Source: Macrostomum lignano
Lineage: Eukaryota
Reading direction: 5' to 3'
Assembly (NCBI GenBank): GCA_002269645.1
Contig: NIVC01002387.1
Coordinates: forward strand, 80,872 to 144,871
DNA length: 64,000 nt
Positions within the stretch are counted from its first letter, which is position 1. The number at the start of each line of letters is the position of its first letter. The notes below the pieces were generated by a model that ran no database searches, was not told where the DNA came from, and saw nothing but the letters and a program-made list of their open reading frames with translations. Below are positions 16,304 to 27,443 of the stretch, in pieces. Both the position numbers and the translations under genes were made by a program.

Positions 16304-18360
16304 TTAAGACTCATTTAGTTTTCACTACATGGAACTGCAACGCATAAAGTATGCCCGTCGAATTTTTTATGGAATGCTAGAATTCCAAAATTTGAAGGTT
16401 TTAAGTTCTGTTCCTGGCTCTTTTTCTGTCTGTATCAGCTCGATGATCAGACAGACGCAGCTATCTTAGCTAGTCCCATTCTGAAGAAATGTTAGAAGTT
16501 TTCATCCATGCTTGTTTGATTCTATTAAATGTGAATTTTTGAAATTTTATTCCAAATTAAATTTTACCGTTAGTGATGTAGGTGTATTGTTTCTAGTTCG
16601 AAAGTCAATATTATTTTGATGGTGACTATTCTTTTAATGAAATACTGTAATATAGTAGAAGTTACGGTTAACGTTATTTCATTAAAATGACTCAAGTTTA
16701 AATTGAGTTTAAATTGTCTTACACTTCCCGAAGAAATTTTTCTTTTTTACAGTAAAAAACAAGCTGTTTTTTAGACTAATTATAGTAAAATTATTTTTAC
16801 ATTTTTGGCTCCGATCTAAATTTTCATGTATCCCCCTTTTGCCCCGGGCGAGTGTCTATGTGACGCATGTTTTCATTTATTTCCCTAGGTGAATAAATCA
16901 TTTATTTCCCGCTGCCCCGCGGGCTGATAAATTCGAGACAACAACCATAGACAACGAACGGGGGATACATATCATATTCCCCACTCATTTAACAAATAAA
17001 TAAACAAATAAATGGGGAATATATACCATTGATCTATTCAATCCGAACATACAAAATCGATAACCTTACATGTACATAAAAGTAAATTAATATGATTTGT
17101 ATATCTACGTGTATTTACTAACAAGCAGTGCAGATCTGTTTTTCGCGATCTCATTAATTGGTTGCAACAATATTTTTGTGTGGACCGATTGCGTTTTAAC
17201 AATTATTATTGTTAGTAATTAAAGTTAATAATTATATGACGACCTACTCAAGGAGAATCTCACAGCACTTTCAACTTGTGCATGCAAATTTTACGGGGAG
17301 TTCGATTTTTCTTTTTAAGTATTTCATTCGTCCGAAGTTGTCCCATGTTAAGCTGCAAAACTGTTTTTACCCATTTTCATCATTTTTACATTGGAATCTT
17401 CTAACAACTCTACTGCTAGTAGGATTACAATAAGAAACAAAGTAGAAGAAATAGGACGTAAAATAAAATTAAAAAGTTGTGGATTTTTTGAAGGCCAATT
17501 TCCTGGAAACAATACTCTGCGGAGATAGGAAAAACCATTTTTTTCATAACATAATCAATGATTGTGTGACGATTATCCGGTGGCCTCGAAAGTAATTAAC
17601 GAAGACAAACACGCGGCAGAGGCAAGTTTTGTAGCGGTAGCACTTGATGATAGTAACGGCCGATGCGGGCAACGGCCGCAGTCTTTGTTTATTGTAACCG
17701 TATAAGAGGATAGTTAGGCTTGCTATTATCAATTCCGTCTGGGTGGTCAACAGAGATAGGTCAGAATACTTGCTGAATCCGTAAGAAATGCACTGGGCGA
17801 CTACGCAACAATAAGATAGATGGTAGACGATAGCGTGAGTCGATGAGCCTGAGGCAATGGTGACGATATGATGGCGGTGAACGTGTGGTGGCGGTGCTCG
17901 TAGCGAGAGCTCGTACAGACAGTAGAGGTGGCGTGACTGAGACTTGGCAGAGGCGTGGTTTAGAACCGTGGCGGAGCGAGGCGGAGAGAGAAGGCAAGCA
18001 AACAAGGAGTGCCGGGGTGGCAAGGGTCTAAGGGGTCTAAGGGCCTAAGGCGGGGCTAACCCCAAGCGCCCCAGCCAGACAGGACTGATAAGGAGCAGGC
18101 TGGGGGTGGGTGCGCGCGGAGAACTTAATTTCAGGCTAACATAATTTATGCGCGGCTTTTCTATTGGCCGACGAGAAAAACAGAAATTATCGATCGCCTA
18201 CTGTACTTGGGCTTTACAAACGTACGCAAGTTGTTTAAAATTCTTTGGGCACTACTTTAGGCGGACGTGAGAGTACGAGACCATTAAATTAACAATATTA
18301 TAGATTGTAACGTATGCTAAAACGGCCCTTGTCGGGGCTACTTAAATTGACAACGTCACA

Positions 18361-18787
18361 ATTGCGTTTGATCTGGGGCAGTGAAAATTACCATTATTTT
18401 AATGATTTATATGGCTAGCTGTCTAGTAAAAGTTTCATTTTCATATTATTTTTTATTTAAAAAGCCAAAAGCTGTATGCACTGACTGTGTTGTATGTAGG
18501 AACTAATATGCATTGAAATGAAAGTATGCCACCAATAATGGCTTAAGAGTACCTGCATACAACATTTTTATTACAAATATACTTGTATTTAAGAAACAAA
18601 AAACAAAAAGTAAGGCTAATGCCACTTGTGAGCATTTTCAACTTTTGGTTTTGCTAAATTAAAGGAAAACTATATGAAAATGAAACTTTCACTACCACAA
18701 CTATATAAAACACAATTAAGAGAGTAAAATGATTTGCATGCCAAATTAAAAGATTGATAATCTTCACTGCCCCAGATTAAATGCAAT
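18361..18787. mobile_element. Degenerate MITE-like element
   Basis: attgcgtttgatctggggcagtgaaaatt (18361) versus the reverse complement attgcatttaatctggggcagtgaagatt (ending 18787). A second internal inverted pair, aaagtttcattttcatat, is present. Confidence 0.55.
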
Positions 18788-19255
18788 GAATTGATTTTTA
18801 TGATGAAAGAATGACTTTCTTAGCTCTTATCTCCGCAGTGTATTTTTCTCCAAGAAATAGGCCTAAAAAATTACACGATCTTTGTGAGTTTTATATCTAA
18901 AGCAAAATATAATTGGATAATTATAGCGCTAAGGGTGCTACACTTTCAAACTTTTGAGCACTATAAATGTACTTTATTACTTTCTCAAGGGGGTAAACAC
19001 ATGTTTACTCTAAGTAGGTTTAGTAGAAAACCAACAATTTTAATGAGAGGGAGAACTTCCATCTGCAGGAGTGCCTGCAGAAGTTGCCAACAGTTATCCA
19101 GGAGATATACATGCCCTTGCATGCATGCCGATGCAATCATTAGTCAAAGGTTGACTGGAACACTCTTGGCCAGTGGCCGGTCAGATGTTTGTCTCTTCTG
19201 CTGTTCTGGTTGCCACGGTTCCGCGGCCGAGGAGCAACCGACTACAGTGGTGACA

Positions 19256-20091
19256 ATGGCCGTCTCCTCGGAGGCGGCCTCGGGTCCGACGATGGTGGCG
19301 CAGGTTCTGGATGTCGACATCAGGTGGATCTAAACGTGGCAAAATTTATTTTTGTTTTAATTTGTGGTTTTTTCAAATTTAAATTTGAAATTCAAGCAGC
19401 AATCACAATACCGATTGGCGACCTCCAAAATATAAATATTAGTTTTGATGCCCGGAAATGACGATGCACCATTTACATATGGAAGTAAATATGTCCATTC
19501 CGCTGATTCGGGCCAGATTTGAGAGAAAAGAAGAAGATAATAGGAGAGGAGAGGAGAGAAAAGAGGAGGAGAGGATAGAAGAGCAGAGATGAGAGGAGAG
19601 GGGAGAGGAGAGAGCCGAGAAGGGACACAAGCCTTGGGTGTGCTGGATTGCTATTTTGAAGTTTCAAAGGACCCGAGGGCCGCATAGAGAGGCTTTGCGG
19701 GCCGGAGTTCGCCGACCCCTGCTTTAGGGGTTGAGTCAATGACTCTCCTGCTGGGTGTGAATGGCGTGACAACCTCTGGCACCAAAGGAATGCGGCCGCT
19801 CCCAGGATCGAACCAGGGATCGCGACTCGCGAGTCAGGTGCGTTTACCGCTGAGCTGTTTTGTCTCTCGCATGTCCCTTTCAGAGTGCATGCTCACCTCA
19901 TCCACAGAGTCGTCAGTGCTCATGTCACGATGCCGACCAGAGGCCAGAAGCCGGGTGCCCCTGAGCGGCTGATGCAGAACATCATCAGCTTCGGCATCAA
20001 CGATCGCCTCATCGAAGCTGACTGCCGTTTCGACTACTGCGGCTTCGTTGTTGCGGCGGAGGCAGCCGAGGTCGCGATTTCTGATGTACAG
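19256..20091 (+). CDS. Two phase-compatible exons of an unidentified gene (19256-19323 and 19884-20091)
   Basis: AG|gtggat (phase 2) joins ctttcag|A GTG and reads MAVSSEAASGPTMVAQVLDVDIR-VHAHLIHRVVSAHVTM...LIEADCRFDYCGFVVAAEAAEVAISDVQ|gtactg. GC-rich, codon-like composition. Downstream exons were not found. Confidence 0.45.
19793..19866 (-). ncRNA. tRNA-derived pseudogene or SINE head
   Basis: The minus strand reads AGCTCAGCGGTAAACGC (A box) ... GGTTCGATCC (B box); acceptor stem and anticodon arm are degenerate. Confidence 0.55.
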
Positions 20092-20223
20092 GTACTGGGT
20101 GGAGTGTTTGGAATTGCAATTTATCCCAGTGCTCGATTTTCTACGAAGAAAACACTTGAAAGGTCAATGGGGGAGTGGGATCGGAGGACAATAGGAGAAT
20201 GGGATTTTTAGAGGTTAGTGGGA

Positions 20224-20765
20224 GAATGGGATGTGAGAGAATGGGATTTGAGAGAATGGGATTTGAGAGAATGGGATCTGAGAGAATGGGATCTGAGAGA
20301 ATGGGATCTGAGAGAATGGGACCTGAGAGAATGGGATCTGAGAGAATGGGATCTGAGAGAATGGGACCTGAGAGAATGGGATCTGAGAGAATGGGATCTG
20401 AGAGAATGGAAACTGAGAGAATGGAAACTGAGAGAATGGGAACTGAGAGAATGGGAACTGAGAGAATGGGAACTGAGAGAATGGGAACTGAGAGAATGGA
20501 AACCGAGAGAATGGAAACTGAGAGAATGGGATCTGAGAGAATGGGATCTGAGAGAATGGGATCTGATAGAATGGGATCTGATAGAATGGGATCTGATAGA
20601 ATGGGATCTGAGAGAATGGGATCTGATAGAATGGGATCTGATAGAATGGGATCTGATAGAATGGGATCTGATAGAATGGGATCTGATAGAATGGGATCTG
20701 AGAGAATGGGATCTGATAGAATGGGATCTGATAGAATGGGATCTGATAGAATGGGATCTGAGAGA
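20224..20765 (+). repeat. 15-bp minisatellite (GAGAATGGGATCTGA)n
   Basis: About 36 copies with block-wise variants. Confidence 0.95.
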
Positions 20766-21482
20766 GCAATGGGAGAATGGAATTCGAGGGGGCAATGGGA
20801 GGCTTTTTTAAGAGTATTTTTTGTTGCATTTAATAGCGCTTAGGAATACAGGCCCCTCGTAAATTTGAGTTCTGCATCTCGCCTAAGGAAGATGGCGAGC
20901 CGATGAAACTTAGTTAATAAATTGATTTCCCCCAGGCTATGCCTCTCACCAAAGTCTGCGGTTGCCAAAAGTCCCAACTAAAGAAATATATTGAATTTCG
21001 TTCATTCCGAATCTTAGAGAGGCACATTACTGAGTAAAACAAACAGCAATCAGATTAAGTTTGAAGTAGGGCAGGGAAGTGTGGGGAGAAAATTTCCCAG
21101 AAAAAAGTCAGAGACCCACACGTACAGACAGACTGAGGGAGTGATTGATGAGAATCCAAATTCTGCATAGCTTTTACATACAGTAGCCCACCCTGTACAG
21201 CTAATTTCAGGGGCAGACAGACTGCAGGGCCGGCCATATTAGGGATGCGGCGTAACTATGGGATGAAATCTCGATTTTTATTGCCTAATGCCGGGTTTGG
21301 ATTAATGGCGTTGACGAGCCGTGATACACTAATCCTCTTCTAACAATAATCATGCGATATTATATCACATTTATTCACCGAATATGAAATGCTTCAACTA
21401 GAGGTGTCGCCATAGATTCAATGGTAAAGGGGGGAAGGGAATGACCAAGAGTTTAAAACAAAAAACTCCTTTCTTGGTACTT

Positions 21483-22885
21483 AGTACTCATTTTAGCGCC
21501 GCAGGCACTCATTTTAGCGTCGCAGGTACTCATTTTAGCGCCGCAGGCACTCATTTTAGCGTCGCAGGTACTCATTTTAGCGCCGCAGGCACTCATTTTA
21601 GCGTCGCAGGTACTCATTTTAGCGCCGCAGGCACTCATTTTAGCGTCGCAGGCACTCATTTTAGCGCCACAAACACTCATTTTAGCGCCACATACTAATT
21701 TTAGCACCACATACTCATTTTAGCGCCGCAGGCACTCATTTTTGCGCTTCAGGCATACATTTTAGCACTGCAGGCACTCATTTTGGCGCCACAGGCACTC
21801 ATTTTGGCGCCACAGACACTCATTTTAGCGCCAGAAACACTCATTTTAGAGCCGCAGGCATTCATTTAAGCGCCGATAGCACTCATTTTAGCGCCAGAAA
21901 CACTCATTTTAGAGCCGCAGGCATTCATTTAAGCGCCGAAGGCACTCATTTTAGAGCCGCAGGCACTCATTTTAGCGCCACAGGCACTCATTTTGGCGCC
22001 ACAGGCACTCATTTTGGCACCACAGGCACTCATTTTAGCGCCAGAAACACTCATTTTAGAGCCGCAGGCACTCATTTTGGCGCCACAGGCACTCATTTTG
22101 GCACCACAGACACTCATTTTAGCGCCAGAAACACTCATTTTAGAGCCGCAGGCATTCATTTAAGCGCCGATAGCACTCATTTTAGCGCCAGAAACACTCA
22201 TTTTAGAGCCGCAGGCATTCATTTAAGCGCCGAAGGCACTCATTTTAGAGCCGCAGGCACTCATTTTGGCGCCACAGGCACTCATTTTGGCACCACAGGC
22301 ACTCATTTTAGCGCCACAAACACTCATTTAGCGCCACATACTAATTTTAGCACCACATACTCATTTTAGCGCCGCAGGCACTCATTTTTGCGCTTCAGGC
22401 ATACATTTTAGCACTGCAGGCACTCATTTTGGCGCCACAGGCACTCATTTTGGCGCCACAGGCACTCATTTTGGCACCACAGACACTCATTTTAGCGCCA
22501 GAAACACTCATTTTAGAGCCGCAGGCACTAATTTAAGCGCCAAAGGCACTCATTTTAGAGCCGCAGGCACTCATTTTAGCGCCAAAGGCACTCATTTTTG
22601 CGCTTCAGGCATAAATTTTAGCACTGCAGGCACTCATTTGGCGCCACAGGCACTCATTTTGGCGCCACAGGCACTCATTTTGGCACCACAGGCACTCATT
22701 TTGGCACCACAGACACTCATTTAAGCGCCAAAGGCACTCATTTTAGAGCCGCAGGCACTCATTTTAGCGCCAAAGGCACTCATTTTAGCGCCGCAGGCAT
22801 TCATTTAAGCGCCAAAGGCACTCATTTTAGAGCCGCAGGCACTCATTTTAGCGCCAAAAACACTCATTTTAGCGCCAGAGACACT
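21483..22885 (+). repeat. 21-bp minisatellite (GCACTCATTTTAGCGCCGCAG)n with higher-order blocks
   Basis: About 65 copies; several multi-unit blocks recur. Confidence 0.95.
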
Positions 22886-23274
22886 AAATAGGCGCCCTAA
22901 AGCAAAGTTGAGGATTTCCATTTAAGCTGTGCAGGCTTAAGAGTTCATTTTAGGTCATTAAAACTTTTTGAACAATCCGGTTGCAAGGTGTCTTGTAAAA
23001 GGCATGCCCCCTGTCCCCCGACCGGTGGCGGCAACCCTGGATTGAACTGTGTGAAAAAACGACTATGAAATATCAAAGACACCATACATGCATGCATATT
23101 TCCAAGTGATCACGAGTGACTTTCTCATTTACTCGTAATCAAGACTCACTCAGAGTGACGCTTTGGTTAGAGAGACACCTATCAGCACATGCATGTAAGT
23201 TATGGAACTGGCCCTAATTAACTCGAAAGGTAACGAAGGAATCCAAAATTCTAAGATTAGGTAGGACTTTATTT

Positions 23275-23697
23275 TTAGCCAGATTTATCTGGTGCAATAG
23301 TTAGATGTACTATCAGATTGGAGCCAAGGACTACTATCAAAAGGACGCCCTTGAATAGGGGCCCTTTATTCAAGCTCCTATTCTTAAATAATCCAGTTAT
23401 TCTGTTGACCAGAATCAGTGAGAGAGACTGTGACGTGATGTCATAGCTTATTGAATTTTGCAATGAATTCATTAATAATTTCTGAATCTCGGAACTTACC
23501 CTGGCCAACATGCAGCACATCAGTGACACAATAAGTAGTAGCAAGAATGCAATTGAAATGACAATCACTACAGGGTTAATCGCCTCCTTAACGAACACTA
23601 GCACTAGCGGAGTTAGTACTAAAGAGATCACCTGAACTACAAAAATGACAACTGTCCGGCAGAGATTGCCGTCTGAGCAGCCGCATGCGCGCCGCAT
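23275..23697 (-). CDS. Small predicted membrane protein (two adjacent N-terminal hydrophobic helices), unknown family
   Basis: 140-aa ORF with TVVIFVVQVISLVLTPLVLVFV and VVIVISIAFLLLLIVSLMCCML; AG|C-ATG acceptor-like site immediately upstream. Confidence 0.5.
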   Translation of the reverse strand: MRRACGCSDGNLCRTVVIFVVQVISLVLTPLVLVFVKEAINPVVIVISIAFLLLLIVSLMCCMLARVSSEIQKLLMNSLQNSISYDITSQSLSLILVNRITGLFKNRSLNKGPLFKGVLLIVVLGSNLIVHLTIAPDKSG

Positions 23698-25207
23698 GCT
23701 GTACTGACGGCTATTAGGCTGACTGGAATCCGCGAGCTCTCTACTTACACAGGGATGCCGATCTCAGCTGTCACACGGTTGCAGTTGATGAAAATATATG
23801 GGCGCAATGGGAATGAGGGGAAGGAAAATTACCCCCCGTCCAATCCAATATTCAGCAGGATCCCAAGCCAGCTCATGCACGGCCAGTGTTGATTTGCTGC
23901 GAACGAGTCCATGCGAGCAGCAGGGGTACCAAGCATAATCCCGGAAGTCTCCAAGGCTTTAAACGTTCAGATTGTCACGAGGGATGCAATGAAAAGAGGC
24001 GAGGAGTATTTGATAAAATTCACTGATTTATCAACGCTTCTGACAACAGAGATCGGTTTAGCATTTGGTGAAGTATAATTTTAAATAAATCTTAATAAAA
24101 GTCATTACTCTCTAGGTTTACTATAAGTAGGATGGTACAAACTTTGCAATGTAAAATTTTGATTCAATAAAAAATTCAACAATGATTTTCGTTTGTCTTT
24201 GATTGTCTTGGCTAGTATTGTTCTAAGTGCTATTGCTTGTTGAATATTATTCTATAAATGATTATTTGTTGAGATTTAATATTAAACAAATATTTATTGT
24301 TTGATTGAATAAAAACACTAAACATATAATTACCTTTATAATAAACAAATATTTTAGAATACATTTTAATGCAACAAATACTGGTATCCTATATCTTTTG
24401 CTGTCTCTCAAAGTATAAAATTCTGAAAATCAAGTATTTCTAAGTTAGCATCGATTTACCATCTTCATTTCTAAACTGAATCTGATTTTGTAATGTTTTA
24501 ATCATATTTGCTATTAAATGAAAAAACCACCTTGAATTTGTAGAAAATCGAAGCATATTAGACAGTTGTCTAAAATATTTTTCTATTATTTTTGGCTACA
24601 TTCATTAAACAAAAATTGCTTCAATGCATTTTTCAAAATTTTATTTGAAGTAAAGAAAAATATTTTTAATACAAACAGCTGTAAAAATTTAGTTTAGTAT
24701 TATTGATTAATAACTTTTCAAAACAATCTAAATATTAGTGTCATAATCCAATAAGCAAGTTTATTTTTAAAATATAAAAAGCACACAAAAACAGACTTTA
24801 AATCCAGATTACGCTTGTAATTATTTGCTTTAGTGAACACTTTTTCTTTCTAATAGTTTCTGAGAACTGCCTCATACAGTTTTTTGACTAGAGAAATAGG
24901 AGAATATCAGTGAGTTAATAATACAAAGTGCTGTGTTAATAGCTATATATAATTTTTTCTAAATATATATTAGAAGGCATAGCATCTAAAAACCAATAAT
25001 CATTTTTCTATAAAGAATGGGCAGCAGAAAAAAAGAAAATATTTGATAAGACACTTGCAAATTGGTTAGCTGTATTTGGTTCTTATATTGGCTTTTTAAG
25101 AAAAAAAACTCTAATAGAAGCACAAGCACAAGGGCTTTGTGGAAAGTGAAGTAAAAAATCCTATAATTTAACCTAGTTAAGTCTATCTGAGAACAGTTAT
25201 GAAAGCT

Positions 25208-26284
25208 TCACTTCTCCAGCTGAAGCAGAAGAGGAACAGACACAAAACCTTGCAATGGTAGATATAATTCGCAGAAGGTCTTGTACGAGGTTTCAACATA
25301 GACTTCGCGCAATGTGGCATGAAATATCTTCTGCAAATCCATCAGATCCTCAATGGTGAGCCGCCTCAGCTTCGAGCGATAAGTCACCCTTTTGAATGGA
25401 CACTGTTTGGGCAGCAGCAGCATTGGCTGACTGAAGTCCTGATGAATCTCCAGAGTGAGGCATCTGGTGAGAGTCAGCGCGGCCCACAGCTCGTTTGGAC
25501 ACTGCGTCTCCATCAGTTCTAGTGTGAAAATCTGAGTAAATTCGTCCTCGATAGCGCACACTTCGCGCAGTGCTGGAAGGCAGCACAGTGCTCGTATCAG
25601 TGGCTCCGATATGTTCAACAGACTGACGGATACGCGCTCCAGGTTTACCATTTCCAGCAGGGCTGTATATGACGCGGTGCGAATATCCTTGGTCACGTTG
25701 CTAATGTTAAGCACGACTAGGCTGTGCTTGAGGTGGCAGAAACTATTAAGGAGCATAGATGAGTCATAGTATGACAAGAACAGGTTGCTAAGCTCCAGCC
25801 TGCGAACCGAACTTGGAAGCTTTCTGACAGTTTTAACCAAAACTTCCAGCATTCTGCCGCCAGATCCGAAAGTCACATTGCCATCAAAGATGCAAAAGAA
25901 TGCGTATTCAAAGCTGCGCAGCAATGGCATCGCTTCAGTGCCGAAGTCATCAAAGTATTTAGAAATCATGAATAGAAATTCATACAGGTTGAAATAATTA
26001 TCAAAAGGTTCGAAACGAATTCCTCGGATCTTCGAGCCGAAGCAGTGAAGGTAGCTCTCGAAGAACATATGCTTAACATCCTTTTGTGGTCCCATAAACA
26101 TGTCTTTTCGCTTTTTTGTAAAAACTTTTCCATCAATAGTTAAATATGACCACAAGCTCGGACAGTAAAAGGCGTCGTACCACTGGAAACATACCTGGGA
26201 TGCGTGGTATCGGTCGCGAAAGCCGAGGTATTTAAAAACATTTTCAAGAATGGTTATTGGTGCTGATTCCCATTTGATTTTCAT
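25208..26284 (-). CDS. F-box/leucine-rich-repeat protein (FBXO39/FBXL-like)
   Basis: N-terminal F-box WESAPITILENVFKYLGFRDRYHASQVCFQWYDAFYCPSLW, then LRR-like segments (VRRLELSNL, LVVLNISNV, LERVSVSLL). 358-aa uninterrupted ORF, possibly lacking a 3' exon. Confidence 0.85.
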   Translation of the reverse strand: MKIKWESAPITILENVFKYLGFRDRYHASQVCFQWYDAFYCPSLWSYLTIDGKVFTKKRKDMFMGPQKDVKHMFFESYLHCFGSKIRGIRFEPFDNYFNLYEFLFMISKYFDDFGTEAMPLLRSFEYAFFCIFDGNVTFGSGGRMLEVLVKTVRKLPSSVRRLELSNLFLSYYDSSMLLNSFCHLKHSLVVLNISNVTKDIRTASYTALLEMVNLERVSVSLLNISEPLIRALCCLPALREVCAIEDEFTQIFTLELMETQCPNELWAALTLTRCLTLEIHQDFSQPMLLLPKQCPFKRVTYRSKLRRLTIEDLMDLQKIFHATLREVYVETSYKTFCELYLPLQGFVSVPLLLQLEK

Positions 26285-26351
26285 AAGTAAACGTCTTTTC
26301 GACGACTAAAAACAATTGTATTCTTTTAGAATACTTGCCTCAAGAATATTT

Positions 26352-26803
26352 TGTAACGTCGTCGCTTCTGTATTGAAAATGTTCAATTTCGTATTTATGG
26401 TTTTTGCAATTAATATTTAAAACTATATCTATTTTGGTCTAATGTTTGTAACTATTTTTTAGTTACTTTCATCATTTGGTTTAATTTTGTTTTTTCTATT
26501 TTCAATTAGTGCGGTTATTCAAATTTTGCTTCTTGATAGTTTTTGTGTATTGTCTTGCGCTCTGTGTGTTGGTCTTAGTTCCCGTAGGCTTGGTGGCATT
26601 AGCATTATATTATCGTCTCAGATTACCCTTTGGTAAATAGTTGGCATTGCCATACTGCTTCTGACCTACTCACCATTATTCAGACTAGCAATTGAGTTGT
26701 TAAATTAATAATACGTATATTGGCCTAGGACAAGATCAACACTCAGACTCAGCACACGCACGCGCATCGGTCCCATGTTCTCGAACTAAATAAACTCGTC
26801 ACA
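26352..26803 (+). repeat. 5' LTR
   Basis: tgtaacgtc...ctcgtcaca; no difference from the 3' LTR seen by eye; AATAAA near the end. Confidence 0.97.
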
Positions 26804-26809
26804 TAAATT

Positions 26810-26825
26810 TGGAGGGTCCCACCGA
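26810..26825 (+). promoter_or_regulatory. Primer-binding site, complementary to the tRNA-Gln 3' end
   Basis: TGGAGGGTCCCACCGA just after the 5' LTR. Animal tRNA-Gln ends ...TCGGTGGGACCT-CCA (one extra G here). Confidence 0.7.
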
Positions 26826-27443
26826 ATTCGTCGAACTCGCATCAGCTCGGATTCAGCTCGCATACGGCTATATGCCATCAAGTATCTGCAGCAGTGCACA
26901 GGTACTCTAAAACCAAGTGGCAAGTGTTCCTGCATCCAACAGCGAGAGCGAGACAAACCCCCGCCATCACGTGACCGCGAGTCACCCCTTAGCTGGCCAA
27001 CCAGAAGCTACCTGCCCGACTGCCTGCAAGTTTTCGTCCTTTGGGGTTGCGCGTAACGATACCCCAGTCAGAATCAACGCCAGTCAGAGTCAGCCAATCG
27101 AGACTGCACTACAAGTACAAGCGCCAAGAGACCAACTGACCAACAACAAATTGAGCTTAAGCCGGGAGGCCAAGCCAACGCCGGCGGCAACCCAGGACTA
27201 CACCGAATCACGTGGCAGTGGCAGAGACCAGCTAGGTGAGGGAGTTTTCTTAGTATTCAACTCTGCATAGGAACATAGGGCCTGTCTGGCAGAGCCAGTA
27301 TAATATTTTCTGGGTTAGTTTAATTTTTCTAGGAATTGTAGTGAGGCTCTTTAACTCTGCCAGACTTCTTTCGTGTTTTTATTATCTGGCCTTTCCTCTC
27401 GCCACTCTCTGGCAAAGCAATATCTGTCATATCTCGTCTCCTA

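Noticed and set aside
17544-18080. CpG-rich island with minus-strand ORFs of 159 and 78 aa
   Set aside because: No recognisable motif or splice structure; probably a repeat or LTR relic that cannot be classified by eye.
26917-27270. 117-aa ORF in the retroelement 5' UTR
   Set aside because: GTG start, low-information sequence, no motif.
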